DNA from: Solirubrobacterales bacterium
GTDB taxonomy: Bacteria; Actinomycetota; Thermoleophilia; Solirubrobacterales; Solirubrobacteraceae
Assembly: GCA_027315115.1 (NCBI GenBank)
Contig: DAHUYQ010000010.1
Coordinates: 28,679 to 92,678 of the forward strand
Reading direction: 5' to 3'
DNA: 64,000 nucleotides
In this document: positions 36,477-44,931 of the stretch, piece after piece
Numbering within the stretch: the first letter of the stretch is position 1
Layout: every line of letters starts with the position of its first letter
The notes under the pieces: generated by a model
Databases searched by the model: none
Told to the model about the DNA's origin: nothing
What the model saw: the letters and a program-made list of their open reading frames with translations, nothing else
Made by a program: the position numbers and the translations under genes

Positions 36477-38372
36477 ATGGCTCAGTGGCAGGACACAGAC
36501 TCGATTGACGCCACGCAGTATCGGGAGATCGTGCATTCGTTCGGTGAGGTTGCTGCCGCACTGGGCGAGTTGAAGGATCTGACGCCGCTGCTGAGGATGA
36601 TCGCGACCCGCATCTGCCTCGTCACCGGAGTGCCACGCTGCAGCGTGTATCTGCGCGACGACGAGACGGGACTGTTCCATGGGCAGGTTGGCCATGCAGA
36701 CCAAGACATCGACGCGCTCGTCAAACGACTCGTCGCGGCCTCGGAAGGCGACGCCTTCACGCACGAGATCCTCGACACCAAGGGCCCTGTGCTGGCGGTC
36801 AACGCCCAGAACGATCCGCGGCTCGTCTGCTCCAGGATGCGGGCTTGGAAAGTGCGTTCGATGCTCGGGGTGCCGATGATGCTCCGGGGAGAGGTGATCG
36901 GCATCGTGTTCCTCGACGCGGAGGACGAACAGTGGACCTTCACGGATCGGGTGATCGAGGTCGCCTCGACCTTCGCCGACCTCGCGGCGGCTGCGATCGC
37001 GCAGGCGCGCCTGACCATAGATCTGCGAAACAGCCTCACGACCGTCGCCAAGCAGAACAAGCTCTTGCGCCAAGCAAGCGCGGTGGACGAGCGGCTCGGG
37101 ACGCTCTCGGTGGAAGCCGCGACCATCGCCGAGATAGCCGAGGCGGTTGCGGAGCTGACCGGAAAGCCGACGGGAGTCTATGACCACGAGCACCGCCTGC
37201 TCGTCGAATCGGTCCCGCCGTGGTTGGAGCGCTCCGATGCGCCCAATATGCCCGACGGGAGCATCTGGAAGCGGCCGGATGTGTCTGCCGCGGTCGCCGC
37301 TCTGAGCGATGTGCGCAGCCCGGTGCTCGCGCCGATGCTCGACGCCGGGTTGCAGCGGCGCCTGCTGATCGCTCCGGTCGTCATGCGTCACACGGAGTGG
37401 GGAAGGCTCGTGGTGATGGAGCACGGGGTCCGCTTCGGGGCGCTCGATCTTCACGTCGCGCGGCGGGCGGCCATCAGCGTGTCCCTGGAGATGTCGGCCG
37501 AGCGTCGGGCGGCACGCTCCGAGTGGGATGCCCGTTCGTCCCTGCTTGGAGAACTCATCCGCGGCAATCGCGACAGCGAGTCGCTCGCACGACGTGCGCA
37601 GCACCTCGGCATCGACCTGTTCGCTCCGAAGGCGCTCTGCCTGGTCGCCGCCGTGGACTCGCTCGACGCCCAGCTTCCGGTCGCGTCCGATGTCTCGGCG
37701 GCAGTGGTGGAGGCGCATGGCACGCCCGTGCTCGCCACGGGTGTCGCCGAGGGCGTGCTGCTTGCACTCGATCTCGATCCGCGGCTGTCGAGGCGGCAGG
37801 CCGGCGAGCGGGCGCGCGCCTCCGTCGAGGCTGGTCTGAAGGCGCTCGAGCCCCTCGCTGGACCGCTTGTCGCCGCGCTCTCTGGCCGATGCGCCGCCGC
37901 CTCCGAATACACGCGTGGATACAGCGAGACCTGCGAGGTGCTCGACTGCCTGATGAAGATCGGCGATCCGCACGCATCGAGCGTGCTGTGCGCCGACGAC
38001 CTCGGTCCGGCACGCCTGTTGCTCGCATCGACCGACCAGGCCGCGGCGCTGCGCTTCTCACGCGATGCGCTCGGCCCGCTGCTGAGCCCTGAACGGGGGA
38101 TGGTGGATCTGCTGGAGACGCTGCGGGTCTTCTTCGACTGTGGGCGCAGCGTGCGGCGGTCCGCCGAAGCGCTCTCGGTGCACGAGAACACGATCCGTTA
38201 CCGCCTGGCACGAATCGAGGAGCTGACGGAGCTGCTGGTCAGCGACAGCTCCGACGATCAGTTGACAGCTCAGCTTGCCCTGCTGATCCTGCGTATCAGC
38301 GGTGAGCTCGACGGCGAGCAGAACGCTGAAGAGCCGATCCCGTCGCTGGCGCTCCAACAGTCCGCCTGCTGA
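36477..38372 (+). CDS. GAF-domain PucR/CdaR-family transcriptional regulator
   Basis: GAF (RCSVYL...SMLGVPMMLRGEVIG) plus C-terminal LSVHENTIRYRLARIE HTH. Confidence 0.9.
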   Translation: MAQWQDTDSIDATQYREIVHSFGEVAAALGELKDLTPLLRMIATRICLVTGVPRCSVYLRDDETGLFHGQVGHADQDIDALVKRLVAASEGDAFTHEILDTKGPVLAVNAQNDPRLVCSRMRAWKVRSMLGVPMMLRGEVIGIVFLDAEDEQWTFTDRVIEVASTFADLAAAAIAQARLTIDLRNSLTTVAKQNKLLRQASAVDERLGTLSVEAATIAEIAEAVAELTGKPTGVYDHEHRLLVESVPPWLERSDAPNMPDGSIWKRPDVSAAVAALSDVRSPVLAPMLDAGLQRRLLIAPVVMRHTEWGRLVVMEHGVRFGALDLHVARRAAISVSLEMSAERRAARSEWDARSSLLGELIRGNRDSESLARRAQHLGIDLFAPKALCLVAAVDSLDAQLPVASDVSAAVVEAHGTPVLATGVAEGVLLALDLDPRLSRRQAGERARASVEAGLKALEPLAGPLVAALSGRCAAASEYTRGYSETCEVLDCLMKIGDPHASSVLCADDLGPARLLLASTDQAAALRFSRDALGPLLSPERGMVDLLETLRVFFDCGRSVRRSAEALSVHENTIRYRLARIEELTELLVSDSSDDQLTAQLALLILRISGELDGEQNAEEPIPSLALQQSAC

Positions 38373-38383
38373 CAGCGGAGCCT

Positions 38384-39772
38384 TCAGCCGCGCCCCACCG
38401 AGAGCACCGGCAGCAGCGCCCGCGTCTGGCGGTGCGCGATCGCCCCCCGCCAGACGCCTGCCGCGTAGGCGAGGTCGTCCAGGAGCCCGAGCGCCGCGGC
38501 CCGCAACAGGTCCAGCTCTCCGCTTGCGCGAGCCTGGAGCAGCGCCGGCAGCGTGAGCAGGCCAAGCACGGCCCGCGCCCTCCGGCGCGTGACGATCATC
38601 AGGACCGCCGGCACGCCAAGGGTGTCCGCGGGGCTGCCGAGACGCAGCAGCGTCTGACCGCTCGCCTTGGCAAACCAGCCGGCGGCGGCGTCGAGCGGCA
38701 CTCCACGCCGGCGCGTGCCGCGCGCGAACAGCAGGCCGTCGGCGAGCACGAGCGCCGCGCCCAGCCTCGGGCGACCGCAGAGCGCGAGCGCCGTGCCGGC
38801 CACCGCCGCTCGCCGTAGCGCCGACGGCGCGACCCGGCGGCCGTGGCGGGCGGCCAGTGGCCCCGCCGAGCAGCCGTAGTGGAAGCGCCTGGCCAGCATC
38901 GCCGCGAGCGTCGAGGGCTCGTCGTGCTCCACGGTCACGGAGGGGTCGTACCGGACGCTCCATCCCGCATCGTGCAGGCGCCAGACGAGGTCGACGTCCT
39001 CTCCGTAGCGCAGTGACTCGTCGAAGCCCTGGCCGAGCGCGGACCTGCGCACAAGCAGCGCAGCGCTCGGCACGTATGCGACCGCCGCGCCGGGCCGCAC
39101 GGCGGCGGGGCGCGCGCCCATGTCCAGCGGGCTGCGGGCGGCGAGGTAGGAAGCGATCGCACGGCGTCGGCGCCGCGGCGCGCTGGCGCCGGCCGGCCGC
39201 ACGCGCGGCGCGACCGCCCCGAGCGCCGGGTCCGCGAAGTGCCCGACCAGCAGGCGCAGCCAGTCGCGCGAGGGCACGCAGTCGCTGTCCAGGAACGCGA
39301 CTATCTCGCTCTCCATCCCATCCAGCGCCGCGTTGCGTGCCGCGGCCGGGCCGCCGGAGCACGGGCGCCGTATGAGCCGGGCGCCGTGACGCGCGGCGAT
39401 CGCCGCGATCGCCTCGCCCTGCTGCTGGGAGCCGTCATCCACGATCCTCACGGCAACGCCCTCCTCCAGCGCCTCCAGGCAGCGGGCGAGCTGCCGGGCT
39501 CGATCCCGCACCGGGATCACCACGGTGACCAGCTCACGCGGATCGTGCGGCGCCGGGTGCGGGTGTGCGACGCCCGCGTCCAGCAGCCGTCGCGCCAGCA
39601 GCCGCGCGGCCGGAGACTCGGCGCGGCCCTGCGCAAGCTCCTGCAACGCCTGCCGGCCAGCGGTCGAGAGCCGCAGCAGGCGGCGCGGCGATCCGCCGAT
39701 CAGCACCCCGTCGGTTTCGTGCCGCAAGCGGCCATCCAGGGTGACCTTCAGCCCGGCGGGCAGCGGTCTCAC
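38384..39772 (-). CDS. mftF: Mycofactocin glycosyltransferase MftF
   Basis: GGSPRRLLRL N-terminus, GT2 motifs VIPVRDR, VDDGS, AFLDSD, YVPSAALLVR, GEDVDL; position in the mft operon. Confidence 0.93.
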   Translation of the reverse strand: MRPLPAGLKVTLDGRLRHETDGVLIGGSPRRLLRLSTAGRQALQELAQGRAESPAARLLARRLLDAGVAHPHPAPHDPRELVTVVIPVRDRARQLARCLEALEEGVAVRIVDDGSQQQGEAIAAIAARHGARLIRRPCSGGPAAARNAALDGMESEIVAFLDSDCVPSRDWLRLLVGHFADPALGAVAPRVRPAGASAPRRRRRAIASYLAARSPLDMGARPAAVRPGAAVAYVPSAALLVRRSALGQGFDESLRYGEDVDLVWRLHDAGWSVRYDPSVTVEHDEPSTLAAMLARRFHYGCSAGPLAARHGRRVAPSALRRAAVAGTALALCGRPRLGAALVLADGLLFARGTRRRGVPLDAAAGWFAKASGQTLLRLGSPADTLGVPAVLMIVTRRRARAVLGLLTLPALLQARASGELDLLRAAALGLLDDLAYAAGVWRGAIAHRQTRALLPVLSVGRG

Positions 39773-40587
39773 AGCGCCAAGCCGCCGTCGACCGCGACGT
39801 CCGCGCCGGTCATCGCGCTTCCGTTTGGTCCCGCGAGCCAGGCGATCATCGCGGCGATCTCCTCCGGCTCCAGCAGGCGCTGGATCGGCTGCTGGGCGGC
39901 GAACTGCTCGCCGGAGGAGAGGTCGTAGAGGCGCGCGCTCTCCCTCAGGATCACGGTGTCCGTGGCCCCGGGGCTGACGGTGTTCACGGTCACGCCGCTG
40001 CCGCGAAGCTCCAGCGCCAGCGCTCGCGCCATGCCGGTGATGCCGGCCTTCGCCGCGCAGTAGGCCGCGAGCATCGGCATCCCGCGGGAGGCGGCGGTCG
40101 AGGCGACCGCGACCAGGCGCCCGGACCGCGGCTGCGGCCGGCGCAGCAGAGCCGGTATGCCGACGCGAGCCGCTGTGAGCGCGCTGCCGAGATTGCCCTC
40201 GATCACCGCGGCGAGCTGCTCGCTCGGCATCTCCCAGAGCGGAACCCCGCCGGCGATCACGCCCGCGGCCGCCACGATCACCTCGACGCCGCCGTGGTCG
40301 CGCTCGGCCGCGGCGATCACCTGCTCCATCTCCGCTGCGTCGCGCGCGTCCGCGAAGGCAGCCTGCACTCGCTCGCACCCTGTCGACTCCACGACCGCCG
40401 CGAGCTCCTCGCGCGTGCCGAGCGCATAGGGCAGCCGCGGGTCATCCTCGCCACGGTCGACCGCGACCACGCTCCAGCCGTCGAGCGCGAGCGCGCGCAC
40501 CGTCGCCGCGCCGATGCCGCGTGCGGCGCCGGTCACGATCGCGGCGCCTCTCGCAGGCGCCTTCGTGCGTGCACGCTCCCCGCTCAT
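39769..40587 (-). CDS. Mycofactocin-system SDR oxidoreductase
   Basis: TGAARGIG, DDPRLPYALGT insertion, YCAAK; lies between mftE and mftF. Confidence 0.9.
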   Translation of the reverse strand: MSGERARTKAPARGAAIVTGAARGIGAATVRALALDGWSVVAVDRGEDDPRLPYALGTREELAAVVESTGCERVQAAFADARDAAEMEQVIAAAERDHGGVEVIVAAAGVIAGGVPLWEMPSEQLAAVIEGNLGSALTAARVGIPALLRRPQPRSGRLVAVASTAASRGMPMLAAYCAAKAGITGMARALALELRGSGVTVNTVSPGATDTVILRESARLYDLSSGEQFAAQQPIQRLLEPEEIAAMIAWLAGPNGSAMTGADVAVDGGLAL

Positions 40588-41270
40588 GCGCTCGACCAGT
40601 TGTCCAGCAGGTCGAGCATCTGGCGGGTCGCGTGGTCGAGCAGCATGCGGCCGTGCTCCGCTGTGGCGCCGGTGGGATCGCCGAGCACGCCGTTGGGGCT
40701 CACGCTGCGCACGCCCTCGCGCGCCAGCCGCGGCAGGATCTTGCCCAGCGGGGCGCGCTCGCCGGGCTCGGCCAACTCCAGGCGCACCCGCGAGGGATCC
40801 AGCGCGAGCATGATCGAGGTCTCGACATGCCCGGCATGCGCGTCGCCGGGCAAGCGCGGGAAGAAGGCGCGCACGTCGCGTCCCTCGGCGCGCAGGCGCC
40901 GCTCGGCGTTGTGGACGGCCTCGCTGTTGCCGCCATGCGTCGAGACGATCAGCATCCGCGAGAACCGCTCGATCGCCGAGCGTCCGAGCTCCACGAGCAG
41001 CAGCTCGATCGCTTCGGAGCCGATCGAGAGCGTGCCGGCGAAGGCTGCGTGCTCGCCGCTGGAGCCGTAGGCGACTGGCGGCGCGACGACCACGCCGCCG
41101 CGCCTGCCGGCCAGTCGGAAGGCGAGTGCCTGGGCGATGTCGGTGTCGGTCGAGAGCGGCAGATGACGCCCATGCTGCTCGGTCGCGCCCACCGGCACCG
41201 CCAGCAGCGCCCCGCCGGAGGCGAAGTCGTCGGCGTCCACCCAGGTGAGCTCGCCCAGCGCCGTGCTCAT
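40584..41270 (-). CDS. mftE: Mycofactocin peptidase MftE (creatininase family)
   Basis: PVGATEQHGRHLPLSTDT, GSSGEH, HGGN, DAHAGHVETS, SPNGVLGDP. Confidence 0.95.
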   Translation of the reverse strand: MSTALGELTWVDADDFASGGALLAVPVGATEQHGRHLPLSTDTDIAQALAFRLAGRRGGVVVAPPVAYGSSGEHAAFAGTLSIGSEAIELLLVELGRSAIERFSRMLIVSTHGGNSEAVHNAERRLRAEGRDVRAFFPRLPGDAHAGHVETSIMLALDPSRVRLELAEPGERAPLGKILPRLAREGVRSVSPNGVLGDPTGATAEHGRMLLDHATRQMLDLLDNWSSA

Positions 41271-42466
41271 CCGGCCGCTTGCACCTCTTCCCTCTCGCCG
41301 CCCAGCCGCCGGACGAACCCCTCTGGGACCAGGACGTCGCTTGCCCGCAGCGAGCCGACCGAGTCGCGCGCGAGCCCCAGCAGCGCCGAGTCGATCCCGC
41401 CGCGCAGGATGTCGAGCACGTTCTCGACCCCGGCCTGGCCGTTTGCCGCAAGGCCCCACAGGTAGGGGCGGCCGATCATCACCGCTCTGGCGCCGAGCGC
41501 GAGCGCCTTCACCACGTCCGCGCCGCGGCGGATGCCGCCGTCCAGCAGCACCTCCACGCGATCACCGACGGCGTCGACGATCGCCGGCAGCGCGCGGATC
41601 GAGGCCGGGGTGCCGTCGAGGTTGTTGCCTCCGTGGTTGGAGACCGAGATCGCGCTCGCGCCGATCTCCGCCGCCCGCCGCGCGTCGTCGACGCGCATGA
41701 TCCCCTTGATCATCAGCGGCCCGTCCCACTGCTCGCGCAGCCACCGCAGGTCCTCCCAGGAGGGCGGCGGCGTCTGCATCCACTCGCCGTATGCCTCGAA
41801 GAACCTCGGTGGCGCCTCTCCGGGCAGCGCCATGTTGGGGACCGTCAGGTCTGGTGGCCCTCCGGCGCGCAGCCAGCCGGCCAGCCACCTCGGTCGCGAG
41901 AGCGCGGAGGGCGCCAGGCGCAGCATCGCCGCGACGCTCATGCTCTCCGGGATCTGCGGGCTGCCCCAGTCGCGCGCGTGGGAGAAGGTCCAGTCGAGAG
42001 TCACGATCAGGCCCGCGGCGCCGGCCTGTCGCGCGCGTGCCAGTCGCTCCGAGATCCGCTCCCGCGCACCGGCCCAGTAGACCTGCATGAACGTCTTCGG
42101 GTTGACGGCCAGCACATCCTCGATCGGACTGCTCGCGAACGCGCTCAGTCCCATCGCCGTGCCGCGCGCGGCGGCGGCACGGGCGACGGCGACCTCGCCT
42201 TCTGGATGCACCGCCTGCACGCCGACCGGCGAGATCAGCACCGGCAGCGCGATCTGCTGTCCCATCGCCGTCGTCGCGATCTGGCGTTGCGCAGGGGCGC
42301 CCGCGACGTGCGGCGCGAAGCCGAGATCCCCGAAGGCGGCGGTGTTCGATGCCAGCGTGACGCCTGCCTCCGCCCCCGCGCGAAGCGCCATGTAGACCGA
42401 GCGCGGCAGCGCCCGCTCGGCGCGCCGCTGCGCCTCGGCGACGCTCTCGAACCATCCTCCCGGCAT
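41267..42466 (-). CDS. mftD: Mycofactocin FMN-dependent deaminase MftD
   Basis: WFESVAEAQRRA, SPVGVQAVHP, HARDWGSP, SVSNHGGNNLDG, LDGGIRRG. Confidence 0.96.
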   Translation of the reverse strand: MPGGWFESVAEAQRRAERALPRSVYMALRAGAEAGVTLASNTAAFGDLGFAPHVAGAPAQRQIATTAMGQQIALPVLISPVGVQAVHPEGEVAVARAAAARGTAMGLSAFASSPIEDVLAVNPKTFMQVYWAGARERISERLARARQAGAAGLIVTLDWTFSHARDWGSPQIPESMSVAAMLRLAPSALSRPRWLAGWLRAGGPPDLTVPNMALPGEAPPRFFEAYGEWMQTPPPSWEDLRWLREQWDGPLMIKGIMRVDDARRAAEIGASAISVSNHGGNNLDGTPASIRALPAIVDAVGDRVEVLLDGGIRRGADVVKALALGARAVMIGRPYLWGLAANGQAGVENVLDILRGGIDSALLGLARDSVGSLRASDVLVPEGFVRRLGGEREEVQAAG

Positions 42467-43722
42467 CAGGGCGCTCGCAGGCCGGTCGATGCGTGAGCGG
42501 GCTCGCGGCGGTCCGGGCCCACAGGGCTCTGGTCGCACAGGCGAGAGGGCGGGGACTCGATCACCGGAGAGGGCGGGGACTCGATCACCGGCAGCCTGCG
42601 CGGCGCGCGTCGGGAGGGCCGCCGCTTGGACATGTCCACCGATGGCATCGGCCGCGGTCCTTTCCCGTGTGCCGCCAGCGCCCGCTCGCCGTGGCCGAGC
42701 ACGCACTCCGGGTCGGGCCCCTGCAGAGGCAGGCCGGTGAAGAACTTGGCGGCCATGCAGCCGCCGCGGCACGCGTCGAAGAAGCCGCAGCTCCCACACG
42801 CCCCCGCCGACTGGGGCTCTCGCAGCTCCCGCAGCAGCGCCGAGTCTCGCCAGACGCCGGCGAAGCCTCCGGGCTCGCGCACGTTGCCGGCCAGGAACTG
42901 CTCGTGGATCGCGAAGGGGCAGGCGTACACGTCGCCGACCGGGTCGATCAGGCAGACCACGCGGCCGGCTCCGCACATGTTCAGGCCCGGCAGCGCCTGC
43001 CCGTATGCGGATAGGTGAAAGAAGGAGTCTCCCGTGAGAACCTGCTCGCCCTGCGCCAGCAGCCAGGCATGCACCTCGCGCTGCTGCTCGGCCGTCAGCC
43101 GCAACTGGTCCCACACCTGCGCGCCGCGCCCGGATGGACGCAGGCGCGTGAGCCGAAGCTGCGCCCCGAAGCGGTCGGCGATCGCCTTCAGCGCGTCGAG
43201 CTGCCCGGCGTTCTCCCGCGTCAGCACGGTGGAGACCTTGAACTCGCCGAAGCCCGCCTCGGCGAGGTTGCTCATCGCGTCGACCGCCGTCTGGAAGGAG
43301 CCCTGCCCGCGCACCGCGTCGTTGACCTCCGCGGTGGCGCCGTCGATGGAGATCTGCACGTCGACGTAGTCGCAGGCCGCAAGCCGCGCCGCGGCCTGGG
43401 CATCGATGCGGCTGCCGTTGGTCGAGAACTTCACCCCCACGTCGTGGGCCTGCGCGTGGTCGAGCAGCTCCCAGAAGTCACGCCGCACGGTCGGCTCTCC
43501 GCCGCCGATGTTCACGTAGAAGACCTGCATCCGCTGCAGCTCCTCGATCACCGCCTTGCACTCCCGCGTGCTCAGCTCGCGCGGGTCGCGCCGCCCCGAG
43601 CTGGAGAGGCAGTGCGCGCACGCGAGGTTGCAGGCGTAGGTCAGCTCCCAGGTCAGGCAGATCGGCGCGTCGAGACCGGCTTCGAAGTGCTCGACGAGGC
43701 TCCTGGCCGTCGCGGCGCTCAT
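42466..43722 (-). CDS. mftC: Mycofactocin radical SAM maturase MftC
   Basis: APICLTWELTYACNLACAHC, SPASM CGAGRVVCLID, C..C..FDACRGGCMAAK, DPEC. Confidence 0.97.
   Translation of the reverse strand: MSAATARSLVEHFEAGLDAPICLTWELTYACNLACAHCLSSSGRRDPRELSTRECKAVIEELQRMQVFYVNIGGGEPTVRRDFWELLDHAQAHDVGVKFSTNGSRIDAQAAARLAACDYVDVQISIDGATAEVNDAVRGQGSFQTAVDAMSNLAEAGFGEFKVSTVLTRENAGQLDALKAIADRFGAQLRLTRLRPSGRGAQVWDQLRLTAEQQREVHAWLLAQGEQVLTGDSFFHLSAYGQALPGLNMCGAGRVVCLIDPVGDVYACPFAIHEQFLAGNVREPGGFAGVWRDSALLRELREPQSAGACGSCGFFDACRGGCMAAKFFTGLPLQGPDPECVLGHGERALAAHGKGPRPMPSVDMSKRRPSRRAPRRLPVIESPPSPVIESPPSRLCDQSPVGPDRREPAHASTGLRAP
42543..42590. repeat. 24-bp tandem duplication in the mftC tail
   Basis: gagagggcggggactcgatcaccg x2 (encodes PVIESPPS x2). 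Confidence 0.85.
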
Positions 43723-44006
43723 GCCGACGCGCCTTTTTGAGGATGGATCATGCCGGCGGCGGCGAGGCTTGCGAGCGCCCGCGCGAAGCGCGGCATCTCC
43801 TGCTCGCAGACGCCGGCCGCCAGGCATGCCTCGCGCGCGGTCGCGCGCGTCCCGAGCGTCCTGGCCACCTCATGCAGGCGGCGGTCCTTGAGAAAGCTCA
43901 GGCGGCGCGTTCCGAAGTGGTAGGCCAGCGCGCCGAAGCGCTCCGGTCGCAGCGCGACCTGAGAATCGAGTCGCCAGGCGCGATCGAGGTCGATGTGGGC
44001 CGACAC
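43719..44006 (-). CDS. mftB: Mycofactocin chaperone MftB (RRE)
   Basis: QVALRPERFGALAYHFGTRRLSFLK. Confidence 0.95.
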   Translation of the reverse strand: MSAHIDLDRAWRLDSQVALRPERFGALAYHFGTRRLSFLKDRRLHEVARTLGTRATAREACLAAGVCEQEMPRFARALASLAAAGMIHPQKGASA

Positions 44007-44014
44007 GGCTGCCC

Positions 44015-44176
44015 TCAATAGACGCCGCACATGCCGTCGATCGAGACTTCCTCGACGAGCAGGTCTTCGAGCACCAGAGCGTCGTCCGACTCGCCCGCGG
44101 TCGCGACGGCGTGTACGCGGACTTGCTCCGGCGCCTCGGGCGTCGCCAGGTCTGCCTCCAGGGTCTTCTCAGTCAT
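44015..44176 (-). CDS. mftA: Mycofactocin precursor peptide MftA
   Basis: Ends LLVEEVSIDGMCGVY; start MTEK at 44176 (or MEDP at 44188). Confidence 0.97.
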   Translation of the reverse strand: MTEKTLEADLATPEAPEQVRVHAVATAGESDDALVLEDLLVEEVSIDGMCGVY

Positions 44177-44244
44177 GGGATCCTCCATCCTCTTCTTGCG
44201 GCCGCGGATCCACCGGGGCTGCGTTCTCAATACAGCTACCATGT

Positions 44245-44263
44245 TTCGTCACCCGGTGTCAAA
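44245..44263. promoter_or_regulatory. Putative MftR operator
   Basis: T-tc-GTCA-cccgg-TGTC-aa-A, two substitutions from the mycobacterial T-N2-GGCA-N5-TGCC-N2-A pattern as I recall it; lies in the mftA/mftR divergent gap. Confidence 0.65.
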
Positions 44264-44277
44264 TTAAATCCGAGCGG

Positions 44278-44931
44278 ATGCCCGTCGACGCGCAAAGACG
44301 ATCGGGACGCCCGCGCACGAGCTCTCGCGAGGAGGTCTCCGAGATCGCCCTGCGGCTGTTCGTGCGACGCGGCTTCGAGCAGACCACGCTGCAGGACGTG
44401 GCGGACGCCGTCGGCGTCAGCAAGCGCACGCTCCTGCGCTACTTCCCTTCCAAGAACGACATCGTCTGGGGCGCCTTCGACGAGCAGCTCCAGGCGCTGC
44501 GCGCGCGACTGGCCGACGCAGATCCCACGCGGCCCATGATGGACGTCCTGCGAGAGGCGGTCGTCGCCTTCAACGACTACGGCGAGGCGGTGCTCCCCGA
44601 GCTGCGCGACCGGATGACGCTGATCACGTCCGTGCCCGCCCTGCAGGCGCACTCGATGCTGCGCTACGCGGACTGGTGCGCGGTGATCGCGGAGTTCGTG
44701 GCGCGGCGCCTGAGCCTGGAGCCAGATCACCAGTTCCCGCAGGTGATAGCGAGCGCCGCTCTGGGCACCGCGATGGCGACCTATCGCTGCTGGGTCGTCG
44801 ACCCCGACCTCGACCTGCTGGCAGCGCTCGACGAGGCGTTTCGGCTGCTGGCCGCGGGGTTTGACGCGCAGGCGCTCGGAGCCGGAAGACCCGCTCATGC
44901 CGGCAGCCGGGGAGCATCGCGGGCGCGCTGA
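44278..44931 (+). CDS. mftR: TetR-family regulator MftR
   Basis: GRPRTSSREE...GVSKRTLLRYFPSKNDIVWG, LITSVPALQAHSMLRYA.W; divergent from mftA. Confidence 0.95.
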   Translation: MPVDAQRRSGRPRTSSREEVSEIALRLFVRRGFEQTTLQDVADAVGVSKRTLLRYFPSKNDIVWGAFDEQLQALRARLADADPTRPMMDVLREAVVAFNDYGEAVLPELRDRMTLITSVPALQAHSMLRYADWCAVIAEFVARRLSLEPDHQFPQVIASAALGTAMATYRCWVVDPDLDLLAALDEAFRLLAAGFDAQALGAGRPAHAGSRGASRAR

